A stretch of DNA of 64,000 bases from an uncultured Planctomycetota bacterium (GTDB lineage Bacteria; Planctomycetota; Planctomycetia; Isosphaerales; Isosphaeraceae), in contig CAVTTN010000002.1 in the NCBI GenBank assembly GCA_963737655.1, positions 6,976,001 through 7,040,000 of the forward strand, in the 5' to 3' direction. The position numbers and the translations under genes are program-made. Below the pieces are notes generated by a model. That model searched no databases and was not told where the DNA came from. It worked only from the letters and a program-made list of their open reading frames with translations. Shown here in pieces: positions 1 through 11,035 of the stretch (its first letter is position 1; each line of letters starts with the position of its first letter).

Positions 1-530
1 GTCTCCGAGACGAGGATCTCGGCCGGATCGAGCCTCGCCACCTCGTCGGCCAGCTCTAGTCGAGCCAGTTCTGCCAAAGAAAACTCGCCCGTCGAGAGGT
101 CGGCCCACGCCAGGCCGATCTTGCCTCGCATTTCGACGGCGGAGGCCAGGTAATTGGCGGACTTTGGGTCGAGCAACGCGTCATCGGTCAGCGTGCCCGG
201 AGTGACCACACGCACCACGTCTCGGCGGACGAGTCCCTTCGCCAGTTTCGCGTCTTCGACCTGCTCGCACACCGCCGCGCGAAGTCCGGCGGCCACGATC
301 TTGGCGAGATAGGATTCCAGGGCAGGATGGGGGAATCCCGCCATCGGCTGGGCATTGGGGCCCTTGTCGCGGGTGGTCAGGGCGAGGCCGAGCAACGGAG
401 CGGCCCGTTCGGCGTCGTCGCCGAACATCTCGTAGAAATCGCCCATGCGGAACAGGAGCAGGGCGTCCGGATCGCGAGCCTTGAGCTCACGATACTGCTG
501 CATCATCGGAGTAGCGGACGGCTCGGTCAT
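1..530 (-). CDS. mutS: DNA mismatch repair protein MutS, N-terminal part (runs off window start)
   Basis: Manual translation from ATG at 530: [41 protein letters not shown]..., the MutS domain I signature ([15 protein letters not shown]). Not in the ORF track because it is truncated by the window edge. Confidence 0.95.
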   Translation of the reverse strand, partial: MTEPSATPMMQQYRELKARDPDALLLFRMGDFYEMFGDDAERAAPLLGLALTTRDKGPNAQPMAGFPHPALESYLAKIVAAGLRAAVCEQVEDAKLAKGLVRRDVVRVVTPGTLTDDALLDPKSANYLASAVEMRGKIGLAWADLSTGEFSLAELARLELADEVARLDPAEILVSE

Positions 531-557
531 AAAAAGCGGGAGAAGGCGAGGGCAAGG

Positions 558-923
558 TCAGCGGCGGTCGGCGGCGAAGGCACCCAGGGCTTCGTCCTCG
601 TCCGGGTAGATTGCGAAGACCTTATGCATTCCCAGGATCGTCAGGCATTCCCGGCCGAAGGTGCCGTCCCCGGCGACGAGCTTGACGTCACCCTTCAAGG
701 TCAGAAGTCGTTTGCGGAGGCTGAGTAAGACGCCGATGAAGAGCGTGAGGAAGAAATCGAGATTATTGAAATCGACGACCATCTTGTGATGGCCGGCGCG
801 GTCGGCCAGGGCGTCGAAGGCGAGCTTGAGCTCGCCCATCCTCGCCTCGTCCGGCACCGACTTGTCGGCGAACCGAATGACCGCCACGTCATCCACGACC
901 CGGACCAGCAAGCGAGGGGACAT
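558..923 (-). CDS. STAS-domain protein (anti-sigma-factor antagonist-like)
   Basis: 121 aa; VVDFNNLDFF...GVLLSLRKRL...GDVKL...LGMHKVFAIY follows the STAS pattern. Confidence 0.8.
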   Translation of the reverse strand: MSPRLLVRVVDDVAVIRFADKSVPDEARMGELKLAFDALADRAGHHKMVVDFNNLDFFLTLFIGVLLSLRKRLLTLKGDVKLVAGDGTFGRECLTILGMHKVFAIYPDEDEALGAFAADRR

Positions 924-989
924 ACTTCGGCCTCCGGGGAGCGAGGGGGGGTGGCGAGATCCCCTCCCTCCCGACCCGACGTCTGGTCA

Positions 990-1349
990 TCAGAACTTGT
1001 CGAGGGCCTGCTGTTCCTCGTTGTAGATCTCGAAGACCTGATCCAGCCGGGTGATGCGGAAGACTTCCAGGAGGTCGGGGTGGATGCAGCAGAGCTTGAG
1101 CTTGCCCTTGACCGCGCCGACCTTCCTCTTGAGGTTGATGAGCTTGCCCAGGGCGGCGCTGGAGAGGTACTGGACGTTCCCGAAGTTCAACAGGAGCTGC
1201 TTCTTACCTTCGACGTCGACCAGTTGATAGAGCTGGTCGCCGACCTCCTGGATGTTTTCTTCGGTGACGATCTTGGTGTCCACGAAGCTGACGACGGTCA
1301 CGCCGTCGATCGTCTCGGTGCTGAGGTGGCGGCGGGAGGCAGACGACAT
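990..1349 (-). CDS. STAS-domain anti-sigma-factor antagonist
   Basis: LLLNFGNVQYLSSAALGKLINL...KLKLCCIHPDLLEVFRITRLDQVFEI; start taken at ATG 1349 (MSSASRR). Confidence 0.9.
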   Translation of the reverse strand: MSSASRRHLSTETIDGVTVVSFVDTKIVTEENIQEVGDQLYQLVDVEGKKQLLLNFGNVQYLSSAALGKLINLKRKVGAVKGKLKLCCIHPDLLEVFRITRLDQVFEIYNEEQQALDKF

Positions 1350-1647
1350 CGGGCAGGCTCCTGTCCGGTTGCGGGACCTCGACATCCCGGTCAAGCGGCT
1401 CGGGAGGCACCGGGCCGCGAGCGGGAGGCGCGGGACGCTCGGCGCGAAACCTCCGCGTTGACCCTACTAGACTTACCACAGGCCCGCCCCAATGCAAGGG
1501 GTCAGCGGTTGGCGTTGTTCGAGGACCGACGGCTTGGAGGGCGAAGGCCGCGATTGACAGCCGAGCCGGGCCCGGGGCAAGATGATCGACGAAGGCCATC
1601 GGCCTCCCCTCTCCGCCCCGCGCGATCCCTTCGGAGCCTCCCTCCCC

Positions 1648-3451
1648 ATGACCCGTCGCCCCGTCGCCCTCGCCGTGGTTGCCCTCGTCGCGATCCTCTC
1701 CGGGCCGGTCCGGGGGCAGGACAAGCCGGCCGAACCGAAGCCCGAAGCCCCCCCGATCGTCGTCGAGCTGACCCTCAAGGGGGCCATCGGCGAGGAGCCG
1801 CAACCCGTTGGCCTGGAAGGGACTCCGGTCGGCGATAACCTCAAGGGCCTGATCGATACGATGGCCAAGGCCAAGGCCGACAAGGGCGTCAAGGGCCTGG
1901 TCTTGCAGGTCCGCGACCTGACCGTCGGCATGGGCAAGGCCAATGAGCTCCGCAAGGCGATCGCCGACTTCCGATCCTCGGGCAAGAAGGTCGTCGCGGT
2001 CCTGGAGATGGTCGGAAATCGCGAGTACATCGTGGCTTGCGCCGCCGATGAGATCGTGATGCCCGAAGGCGGCTGGTTGATGCTCAAGGGCCTCTCGGCC
2101 GAGATCAGCTACTACGCCAACGCCCTGAAGAAGCTGGGGATCACGGTGGACGTGCTGCACGTGGGCGAGTTCAAGTCGGCCGGCGAGCCGTTCTCCCGGA
2201 CCGAGATCGAGCCCCGCCCACCGGGCCGAGCTCACCGAGCTCCTGACCGACTCGTTCGACCAGATGGTCGAGGCCATCGCCAAACGGCAGGGGATCGCCC
2301 CCGAGGACGCCCGGAAGCTGATCGAAAATGGCCCGTACACCCCGAAAGCGGCCAAGGCGGCGGGCCTGGTCAACCGGATCGCCTATCCCGACCAGGTCGA
2401 GGCCGAGATCGCCAAGGGCCTGAACCTCGCCTCGGTGAAGGTGGAGAAGAAGTACGGCAAGAAGGTCACCGACCCGGCCGAGTTCCAGGGCCTGGCCGGG
2501 ATGATGAAGCTCATGCAGCAGCTTTCGGGGGAGACCGCCAAGAAAACGGGTTCTAATAAGCCGAAGGTCGCGATTATTTATGCATCGGGGCTGATCCAGA
2601 CCGGCAAGTCCTCCACCGGCTCGATCCTGGGCGGGGCCGTGATGGGTTCGGACACGGTGGTCAAGCACCTCCGGGCCGCCGAGAAGGACGCGACGATCAA
2701 GGCGATCGTCCTGAGGGTCGATTCCGGCGGGGGGAGCGCCCTGGCGAGCGACCTGATGTGGCGCGAGGTCACCCGGATCGAGAAGCCGATCGTGGCGAGC
2801 ATGTCGGACGTGGCGGCCTCGGGCGGTTACTACATCAGCATGGGGGCCGACAAGGTCCTGGCCGAGCCGGGGACGCTGACCGGTTCGATCGGGGTGGTTT
2901 CGATCAAGCCCGCGCTGGGCGGCTTGATGGAAAAGGTCGGCATCACCACCGACCGCGTGACGATCGGCAAGAACGGCGACTTCCTCAACGCCGACCGCCC
3001 GATGACGGCCGACGAAAAAGCGGCCATGCAGACGATGATGAACGAAACTTACGACCAGTTCGTCTCCAAGGCCGCCGAGGGCCGGAAGATGGACCGGGAC
3101 AAGCTCGAAAAGCTCGCCCGGGGCCGGGTTTACACCGGGAGGCAGGCGAAGGCGGTCGGCCTCGTCGATGACCTGGGCACCCTGGACGACGCCATTGCGG
3201 CGGCCAAGACGCTGGGAGGCGTCGAGGGCCAGGACGTCGAGCTGAAGGTCTGGCCCGAGGCCCCGAGCCTCCTGGAATCGCTGTTCGAGCCGTTCGGCGG
3301 CGACCGAAACGCGTCCGCCTCCTCGGCTTTGGTCCTGAGCACCCTGCCCGAAGCCGTGAGGAAGCCCCTGGCCCGGCTCGGCGGGATCGTCGATCTCCTG
3401 ACGAGGGAGCCGGTCGTCGTCCTCATGCCCTATTCGCTGGAAATCAAGTAG
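1648..3451 (+). CDS. sppA: Signal peptide peptidase SppA (S49, long form); one frameshift near 2208
   Basis: ORF 1582-2556 carries the signal peptide and VGEFKSAGEPF. ORF 2264-3451 carries LRVDSGGGSALASD, VAASGGYY, TGSIGV and GRVYTGRQA. Removing one base at GAGATCGAGC joins the frames. Confidence 0.9.
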
Positions 3452-3547
3452 GGTGGGGGAAATCCGCCTTCCGTCGCGATGATCCGGGAAATGGGGCCAC
3501 CTTGGGGCTCCGGGGGAACGGTCCGATCGGGCCGGTGAGGTGATTCG

Positions 3548-4033
3548 ATGAGCCTGGCCCTGACCGAGTCGCTGGCCTCTCTCTACGAAACCGACGAGAC
3601 CTCCTGGCTCGAGCGGATGGCGGAGTTGATCGCCGAACGCCGGTTCTCGGACCTGGACTACGACAATCTTCGGGAATTTCTGACCGACATGGCCCGGAGA
3701 GACAAACGCGAGGTGTTGAGCCGCCTGACGGTCCTCATCGCCCATCGCCTGAAATGGGAGCACCAGCCGACGAAGCGGACCACGAGCTGGGAATCGACGA
3801 TCGCGGAGCAGCGTCGAGAGCTTGAGGTCCTCCTGGAAAGCGGGACTCTCTTCCGGCATGCCCGGGACGTCCTGGGCAGGGCCTATGAGGGTGCCGTGGA
3901 ACAGGCGGCCATCGAGACCGGGCGGCCCGCATCCTCATTCCCCGCCGAGAGCGAACGGTCCCTGGAAGATTGGCTAGCCCGAGGGGACTTCGAGGGGGAA
4001 GGGGCGAGGGCCGGCGATGAAAAAGAATCGTAA
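3548..4033 (+). CDS. DUF29 family protein
   Basis: LYETDETSWLERMAELI...LDYDNLREFLTDMARRDKREVLSRLTVLIAHRLKWEHQP...SWESTI resembles DUF29. Confidence 0.85.
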   Translation: MSLALTESLASLYETDETSWLERMAELIAERRFSDLDYDNLREFLTDMARRDKREVLSRLTVLIAHRLKWEHQPTKRTTSWESTIAEQRRELEVLLESGTLFRHARDVLGRAYEGAVEQAAIETGRPASSFPAESERSLEDWLARGDFEGEGARAGDEKES

Positions 4034-4271
4034 GAAGGCCGAAGGTTATCGTTTCAACGGACATCCCGGCTTCAGACCGGCGAGTATCCATCCCGTCAGG
4101 ATTGCCGACCTCGCATCGGCGATCGACGGCCTCGCCGCGAAACTCGCCGACCCGGCTGACCCGGACGACGACCGATGGACTGCTCGTTGGCTGGAACGGT
4201 ACAAGAAGGAACTGGACAAGAAATGCCGAGGGCAGGCGCTCAAAGAGGCGGAGCGGTCATTCCGAAGCTAG
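4017..4271 (+). CDS. Small hypothetical protein
   Basis: 84-aa ORF filling the gap after DUF29, overlapping its end; charged helical composition. Confidence 0.5.
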   Translation: MKKNRKKAEGYRFNGHPGFRPASIHPVRIADLASAIDGLAAKLADPADPDDDRWTARWLERYKKELDKKCRGQALKEAERSFRS

Positions 4272-4359
4272 GGCTGACACCCGACCAGGGGGCGGCCGAC
4301 GCATCGGGGGATTCGCGCCGGTCCTGGGGTAGAAGAGTCTCGATCGTCCTGGAGTTCCC

Positions 4360-5058
4360 ATGATTTCCCTGTCTCCCGACGACCTCGCCGCCCTCCGGCG
4401 GTACAACACGCCGACGGTCTCGAACGCCATCGAGCTGTTCGACGTCCGCCCGAGGCACCTCGGGTTCCTCCACCATCGGATTCGGTGCCTGTTGCCGGAT
4501 GTCGGTGTGATCGTGGGATATGCGGTCACTTCGCAGACCCGCGCCGGCTTCTCCGAGGCGATGGAGGCCGATTGCACGGCGGATTACCTGCGTTATGTCG
4601 CCGGCCAGCCCGGCCCGAAGATCGCCGTGGGTCAGGATTTAGATCCCGACCCGGGCGTCGGTGCCCAGTTCGGCGAGGTCAACGCCACCATCCACAAGAC
4701 GCTGGGCTGCGTCGGCCATATCACGGACGGTTGCGCCCGGGACCTGGATGAGGTCGCCGGCCTGGGTTTCGGCATGTTCGGGCTGGGCCCGTGCGTGAGT
4801 CACGGGTATGTTCGCGTGGTCGATTTCGGCAAGCCCGTCCGGCTCGCTGGCGTGGAGATCCGGCCGGGCGACCTGATCCATGCCGACAAGCATGGGGTCT
4901 GCCTGGTCCCCCAGGATATCGCGCCGAAGCTGGCCGAGGCGTGCGCGGAGGTCGAACGCCGGGAGAAGCCGCTCCTGGACGCCTGCCGGGGGGAATCGTT
5001 CGACCTGGAGGAGTACCTCCGGCTCCGGTCGGCCGCGAAGGCGACGATCCGCGAGTGA
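4360..5058 (+). CDS. RraA family / HMG aldolase-like protein
   Basis: TPTVSNAIE, AQFGEVNA, TDGCARDLDEV, IRPGDLIHADKHGV; GGAG RBS upstream. Confidence 0.88.
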   Translation: MISLSPDDLAALRRYNTPTVSNAIELFDVRPRHLGFLHHRIRCLLPDVGVIVGYAVTSQTRAGFSEAMEADCTADYLRYVAGQPGPKIAVGQDLDPDPGVGAQFGEVNATIHKTLGCVGHITDGCARDLDEVAGLGFGMFGLGPCVSHGYVRVVDFGKPVRLAGVEIRPGDLIHADKHGVCLVPQDIAPKLAEACAEVERREKPLLDACRGESFDLEEYLRLRSAAKATIRE

Positions 5059-5079
5059 TCAGGCTCGAAAGGGGGCGTC

Positions 5080-5757
5080 GTGGAGCTCTCTCGCTCGGGG
5101 ATCGCCCGGATGGGCCTGGTCGTGGGGACGGTCGCCGTCGCCCTGTCGGCGATGAAGCGGAATGAGCCGTTCTGGGTGGGGGTCGAGGCGGCGGTCGTCG
5201 GGTTCTGGATGCTCGTCGCCCTGACCGGGATCTTTCGGCCCGGAGGTCGGGCATTCTGGTTGGGATTTCTTGTGGCGGCCTCAATCTCGCTGGTGGTGAG
5301 CTTCGGGCCGGCTTCCGACCGGTTCGAGAGGGCCGGGGCCCTGGGTTGGAGCGTGGACAGCCACCGGCCGAAGATCTCGTGGGTCTCCTATGCCCTCGCG
5401 AAGGCCATGCTCATCATCGAGCCGGAGGCCCAGGGGCATCTGGAGGTCCGGGGGACCGACCCTCGGGTCTTCGTCCAGGGCTCCTATCGGATCGGCCCCG
5501 GCGTCCCGCCCGAGGGAATCCAGGGATTCCTCGGCGGGCTGGGGGATGCGGCTTACGGAGCGGTCCGAAACTCTTCTCGGTCCGTCAAGGTTGCAAGCCT
5601 CTCCCGAGGGTATGTGGACATGCCCGACTATCAGGACGCCGGCCATCTCCTGGCCGCCCTGGTCTTCGGGACCGGGCTCGGCGGGATGTTCTGGCTCCTG
5701 GCCCGGTTGTGGACGGGCCGAGGGGCCGCTCGTCCGGGAGGGGGCGTTCGTGCCTGA
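5080..5757 (+). CDS. Hypothetical membrane protein
   Basis: 225 aa with about four hydrophobic segments; RAFWLGF motif. Confidence 0.6.
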   Translation: MELSRSGIARMGLVVGTVAVALSAMKRNEPFWVGVEAAVVGFWMLVALTGIFRPGGRAFWLGFLVAASISLVVSFGPASDRFERAGALGWSVDSHRPKISWVSYALAKAMLIIEPEAQGHLEVRGTDPRVFVQGSYRIGPGVPPEGIQGFLGGLGDAAYGAVRNSSRSVKVASLSRGYVDMPDYQDAGHLLAALVFGTGLGGMFWLLARLWTGRGAARPGGGVRA

Positions 5758-6222
5758 TCAGACCCGGCGATGGGGCAGGCCCAGGGGTTCGAACCTCTGG
5801 TTGCGGATGAAGGCTTCATCCGGGCGGATCTCGTCGAGCCGTTTGCCCTCGGCGACCCAGGCGTTCTTGCGGTATTCGAAGATCGCGGTGGCGTGGCGGA
5901 CCGGGCAATCCGGGAAATCGCCGAAGCTTTCGGAGTCGAACGAGACGCCGACCATGGCCAGGAGGCGGCGGGTCCGGCGGTCGCGGGCCCAGACGACCTC
6001 GTCTCGCCAGTGGGCGTCATCCCAGCGGAGCTTTTCGATCGGGTCGAGCCGGCCGAGGGCCGAGAGGAACTGGGCTTCGAGCCGTTCCCTCTGGAGGCGG
6101 AAGCCGTCCCGGGCGCGATCGACGTTCATTTCTTCGAGGGCGTCGCGAAGCGGGCGGCGGACGATCCACCAGGCCGCCACGAGGCATCCCGGGACCAAGA
6201 CCGCCCAGAGCCAACCCCACAT
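5758..6222 (-). CDS. Hypothetical protein with N-terminal membrane anchor
   Basis: 154 aa with ATG start, hydrophobic N-terminus and FRLQRERLEAQF...RHATAIFEY; convergent with the upstream gene without overlap. Confidence 0.7.
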   Translation of the reverse strand: MWGWLWAVLVPGCLVAAWWIVRRPLRDALEEMNVDRARDGFRLQRERLEAQFLSALGRLDPIEKLRWDDAHWRDEVVWARDRRTRRLLAMVGVSFDSESFGDFPDCPVRHATAIFEYRKNAWVAEGKRLDEIRPDEAFIRNQRFEPLGLPHRRV

Positions 6223-6327
6223 GGCGAATCCCCCGGCCGAGTTGACGCGCGAAGCATCCTCGGAATTCTAAGCGAAGCGTGCGCCGATCGGCAAGTGGAC
6301 CGGTAGGAATGATGAAGGGACGCGACG

Positions 6328-7275
6328 ATGGCATGGACCGGCCACACGATCGGGGCGCACATGTCGATTGCAGGAGGCCACCACCTGGCCGTGGCCCTCG
6401 CCGATAACATCGGATTCCGAAGCCTCCAGGTCTTCACCAAAAGCAACAATCAGTGGAAGGCGAAGCCGTTGAGCGAGGCCGACGTCTCCGCCTTCCGCCG
6501 GGCGATGGCCGGATCGGGCGTCGGGGCGGCCGTCGGCCACAATTCCTACCTGATTAACCTGGCCAGTCCCGATGATGTCCTGTGGAACCGGTCGATCGAC
6601 GCCATGGTCGTGGAGCTGGAGAGGGGCGAGGCGCTGGGGTTGACCGACCTGGTGGCGCACCCCGGGGCGCACGTGGGCAGCGGCGAGGACGCGGGGCTCC
6701 GCCGGATCGCCCTGGCCCTGGACGAGATCGCCGGGCGGACCCCGGGCCTTTCGATCCGGATCGCCCTGGAGACCACGGCCGGGCAGGGATCGTGCCTGGG
6801 GCATCGGTTCGAGCACCTCGGGGCGATCCTGGGCCGGGTCCGGGAGCCGGAGAGGCTGTCGGTCTGCGTCGATTCGTGCCATCTTTTCGCGGCCGGGTAT
6901 CCCCTGGGGACCGACGAGCAGTACAATCAGACGATGGACCTCCTGGATCGGGCCGTGGGGCTCGGTCGAGTTCGGGTCTGGCACCTCAATGACAGCCTGA
7001 AACCCCTGGGCAGCCGGGTCGATCGCCACGCGGGGATCGGCCGAGGGCACATCGGTGCGGACGCCTTCGGCCGGATCGTCCGCGACCCCCGATTCGCCGG
7101 CCTGCCGATGGTCCTGGAGACCCCCAAGGGGCAGGAAGACGGCGAGGAACTGGACGCGATCAACCTCAGGACGCTCGAGACCCTGTTGACGACCGCCCCG
7201 GGCAAGCCATCCCCCCGCCGCCCGGCCGAACCGCGACCCCGACGGCCTCGCGGGCGAGGCCCCGAACCATCATGA
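6328..7275 (+). CDS. nfo: Endonuclease IV (AP endonuclease 2)
   Basis: GAHMSIAGG, HNSYLINLAS, HPG, LETTAGQG, DSCHLFAAGY, HLNDS, DRHAGIGRG, LETPK. Confidence 0.95.
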   Translation: MAWTGHTIGAHMSIAGGHHLAVALADNIGFRSLQVFTKSNNQWKAKPLSEADVSAFRRAMAGSGVGAAVGHNSYLINLASPDDVLWNRSIDAMVVELERGEALGLTDLVAHPGAHVGSGEDAGLRRIALALDEIAGRTPGLSIRIALETTAGQGSCLGHRFEHLGAILGRVREPERLSVCVDSCHLFAAGYPLGTDEQYNQTMDLLDRAVGLGRVRVWHLNDSLKPLGSRVDRHAGIGRGHIGADAFGRIVRDPRFAGLPMVLETPKGQEDGEELDAINLRTLETLLTTAPGKPSPRRPAEPRPRRPRGRGPEPS

Positions 7276-9589
7276 CCCGATCCCATCGCAACGGCCCCGC
7301 CCTGACCCATCCGCTCCCGCCGCCCCCCTCGCGCGAGCTGGCCCCCGACCCCTCCCTGTTCATCAACCGAGAGCTGAGCTGGCTGACCTTCAACGAGAGG
7401 GTCCTGGAGGAGGTCCGCGACCCGAACAACCCGCTCCTGGAGCGGGTGAAGTTCCTGGCGATCTCGGCCTCGAACCTCGACGAGTTCTTCGAGGTCCGGG
7501 TGGCGGGCCTCCAGGAGCAGCTCTACGACAACCTCGAGCCGCAGGACGCCCCGCCCGACGGCATGGGCCCGCTCACCCAGCTCGTCGAGATCGTCAAGAA
7601 GACCCGCGACTTCGTCGATCGCCAGTACCAGGCCTGGACGGCCGAGCTCCGCCCCGAGCTGGCCCGCCACGGGATCTTGATCTGCCGGACCGAAGACCTG
7701 AGTCCCGAAGAAGTTGCGTTCCTCGACGCCTATTACACGTCGCAGGTCTATCCCGTCCTCACCCCCCTGGCGATCGACCCGCGCACCCGTTCCCCCACCT
7801 CCACAACAAGAGCCTGAACCTGATCTTGCGGATCGAGACGATCGGCCAGGAGCCCCCTCGGCAGCTCTACGCGGTCCTCCAGGTGCCCTCGGTGGTCAAC
7901 CGGCTGGTCAAGCTGCCCGAGACCGGCGACGGCCGCTATCGGTTCCTCCTTCTTGAGGACGTGATCGGGCCTCGTCTCGATAGTCTCTTCGGGGGGTTCC
8001 GCGTGGCCAAGTGGGTGGCCTTCCGCGTGACCCGCAACAGCGACCTGTCCATCCAGGAGAACGAGGTCAAGAGCAGCCTGATCTCGACGATCCAGGAGAA
8101 CCTCCGCCAGAGGAAATGGGGGGCGGCGGTCCGCCTGGAGATCGTCGATACCGTCGATGACGAGTTCCTCGAACAGCTCCAGACCGCCCCGGCGCTCGAC
8201 CTGGACGACCGCGACGTGTACAAGGTCCACGGCCCGATCGACCTGACCGCCCTGGCCGCCCTGGCCCGGATCGACGGCTTCCGCGACCTGAAGGAGCCGC
8301 CCTTCGAGCCCCAGATGCCCTCGCCGTTCGCCAACCGGGCGAACGTGTTCGCGGCGATCCGCGAGCAAGATATCCTCGTCCATCACCCCTATGAATCGTT
8401 CGGCTCGGTGGTGCAGTTCATCGAGCAGGCGGCCGAGGACCCCCAGGTCCTGGCGATCAAGCAGACCCTCTACCGGACCGCCGACGACAACCCGATCATC
8501 ACCGCGCTGGCCCGGGCCGCGGAGAACGGCAAGCAGGTCACGGCCCTGGTCGAACTCCAGGCCCGCCTGGACGAGGAGAACAACATCATCAAGGCCCGGG
8601 CCCTGCAGAAATCGGGGGTCCACGTCGTCTACGGGATGGTCGGGCTGAAGACGCATTGCAAGGCGGCCCTGGTCGTCCGCCGCGAGTTCGACGGCATCCG
8701 TCGATACGTCCACCTCGCCACCGGCAACTACAACCCGACCACCGCGAGGATCTATACCGACCTCTGCCTCTTCACCTGCCGCCCCGAGTTCGGCGAGGAC
8801 GCCAGCGCCCTGTTCAACCTGCTCACGGGGTACTCGCAGGGGCACACCTGGAAGAAGCTGATCATCGCCCCCAAGGCCCTGGCCGAGCGCACGGTCGCCC
8901 TGATCGATCGCGAACGAAGGAACGCCGAGGCGGGCCGACCCGCCCGGATCATCGCCAAGATGAACGCCCTGGTCGATCCCGGGGCCATCGAGGCGCTCTA
9001 CGCGGCGAGCCGGGCGGGGGTCCGGATCGACCTGATCATCCGGGGGATCTGCTGCCTGAGGCCGGGGATTCCGGGGGTCAGCGAGAACATCCGGGTCCTC
9101 TCGATCGTGGACAAGTTTTTGGAGCACTCGCGGGTCAGCTACTTCCAGAACGACGACGCCCCCGAGGTCTACCTCGCCTCGGCCGACTGGATGCCCCGGA
9201 ACTTCCGCCGGAGGGTGGAGGTCATGTTCCCGATCGAGGACCCCCGGCTCAAGCATCGGGTCGTGGACGGGATTCTCGGCGTGGCCCTGGCCGATAACGT
9301 GAAGTCCCGGGAGCTCCTCCCCGATGGTTCCTACCGGAGGATTCACCCGGGCGAAGGCGAACCGGCGATCCGCTCGCAGGTCGAGTTCCAGAACATGGCG
9401 AGAGAGGCTCTCGGCGGCCGGAGAGGGGATCGTCTCGGCGGCCCTCAAGGGCGGCTCGTAAGGCCACATCCGATCGACTTCGCACCAGCCCCCGCCGTCT
9501 TCGCCCTTGTGCCGGGCCCTCCGATCGCCGACAATCCCCGGAGGACGGGGGCCGCGATCGGCCGACCGCCCGGGAGGGCCCGGCGATGA
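7272..9589 (+). CDS. ppk1: Polyphosphate kinase 1; frameshift near 7781
   Basis: FINRELSWLTFNERVL, NLDEFFEVRVAGL, then HHPYESF, IKQTLYRT, LKTHCK, GNYN, SADWMPRN. Missing base at IDP(A)HPFP. ATGA overlap with nfo. Confidence 0.95.
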
Positions 9590-11019
9590 TCTGGCTCCGA
9601 CCTCGACCGACCGACCTGACGCTCGGCCTGAACCGCCGCCAGTGGCTCCGGTGCGGCCTCGGAGGCGTGGCCGCCTCGGCCCTCGCCTCACCGTCGATCG
9701 CCTCGAACCAGGCCGCGGCCCCGGGTTTCGGCCGGGCGAAGTCGTTGATTTTCGTCTACCTGTTCGGCGGCCCCAGCCAGCTCGACGTCTGGGACCTCAA
9801 GCCCGACGCCCCCGACGGCATCCGGGGCGAGTTCAAGCCGATCGCCACCAACGTCCCCGGGATCCGGATCACCGAGCACCTCCCCAGGCTGGCCCAACGG
9901 GCCGATCAATACGCCCTGATCCGTTCCATGACCCACGGGGACGCCGCCCACGGCTCCGCCGGGCACATCATGATGACCGGCCGAAAACCGAGGACCCAGG
10001 GCGAGGTCGGCCCCAACCCCGAAGACTTCCCCACCTTCGGCGCCGTCCTGTCCAGGCTCCGGCCGCCCCGGGCCGCCCTGCCTCCCTATGTTTCGCTCCC
10101 CTGGACCGTGACCACCAGCACGAACATCGTCCCCGGCCACGCCGGGGGCTTCCTCGGCCACGCCTTCGACCCCTTCCGCATCGCCGCCCCGGCCGGGACC
10201 TTCGACTTCTCGCCCCCCGAATTGAAGATCGACCCCACCGTCGGCCCCGATCGGCTCCGGGCCCGGAGGGGCTTGCGGGCCAGCCTCGGCGCCGACGGCC
10301 TCCTGGCGAATGATTCGCGAGGATCGGCGGACGTCGAACGGATCTTCGCGCGAGGGTTCGACCTCCTCGGCAATCCGGCCGTCGCCGAGGCCTTCCGGAT
10401 CGACCGCGAGGAGCCGAAAGTGCGGGAAAAGTACGGCCTGAACCCGTTCGGCCAGAGCCTCTTGCTCGCCCGGAGGCTCACCGAGGCCGGCGTGCCGATG
10501 GTCACGGTCTACTGGCCCGAACGGATCGAGCGCGAGGCGTTCAACAACAACGGGACCATCGACCCGGTGGCCGTCCCGGCCTGGGACACCCACGGCAACC
10601 ACGTCGGCGCGAGCGCGAATTTCCCCCTGCTCCGGAATCAACTCCTCCCGGCCCTGGACCTCGGCTCCTCGGCCCTCCTGGACGACCTTTCGGCCCGAGG
10701 CCGGCTCTCCGAAACCCTGGTCGTCTGGACCGGCGAATTCGGCCGGTCCCCCCGGATCAACGGCGACGCCGGCCGCGACCACTACGGCAACGTCTTCTCC
10801 CTGATGCTCGCCGGCGCGGGGATTCGCGGCGGATACGTCCACGGCAGCTCCGACCGGATCGCCGCGCACCCCGCCACCGACGCCGTCACCGCGGGCCAGT
10901 TCGCCGCCACGATCTACCACAGCCTCGGCCTCCCCCCCCAGACGGAAATCCGCGACGGCCTGGACCGCCCGTTCCGGCTCGCCGAGGGCGAGCCGGTCCT
11001 CCCCCTGTTCCAGGGCTGA
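9586..11019 (+). CDS. DUF1501 domain protein (Tat-like leader)
   Basis: NRRQWL leader; AKSLIFVYLFGGPSQLDVWDLKP, WDTH, GEFGRSPRIN, GRDHY. Confidence 0.9.
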   Translation: MIWLRPRPTDLTLGLNRRQWLRCGLGGVAASALASPSIASNQAAAPGFGRAKSLIFVYLFGGPSQLDVWDLKPDAPDGIRGEFKPIATNVPGIRITEHLPRLAQRADQYALIRSMTHGDAAHGSAGHIMMTGRKPRTQGEVGPNPEDFPTFGAVLSRLRPPRAALPPYVSLPWTVTTSTNIVPGHAGGFLGHAFDPFRIAAPAGTFDFSPPELKIDPTVGPDRLRARRGLRASLGADGLLANDSRGSADVERIFARGFDLLGNPAVAEAFRIDREEPKVREKYGLNPFGQSLLLARRLTEAGVPMVTVYWPERIEREAFNNNGTIDPVAVPAWDTHGNHVGASANFPLLRNQLLPALDLGSSALLDDLSARGRLSETLVVWTGEFGRSPRINGDAGRDHYGNVFSLMLAGAGIRGGYVHGSSDRIAAHPATDAVTAGQFAATIYHSLGLPPQTEIRDGLDRPFRLAEGEPVLPLFQG

Positions 11020-11035
11020 CCGCCGAGGACGCCTC

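Noticed and set aside
3548..4271. DUF29 plus small ORF as a toxin-antitoxin pair
   Set aside because: Two-gene layout only; neither protein shows a toxin or antitoxin motif I can support
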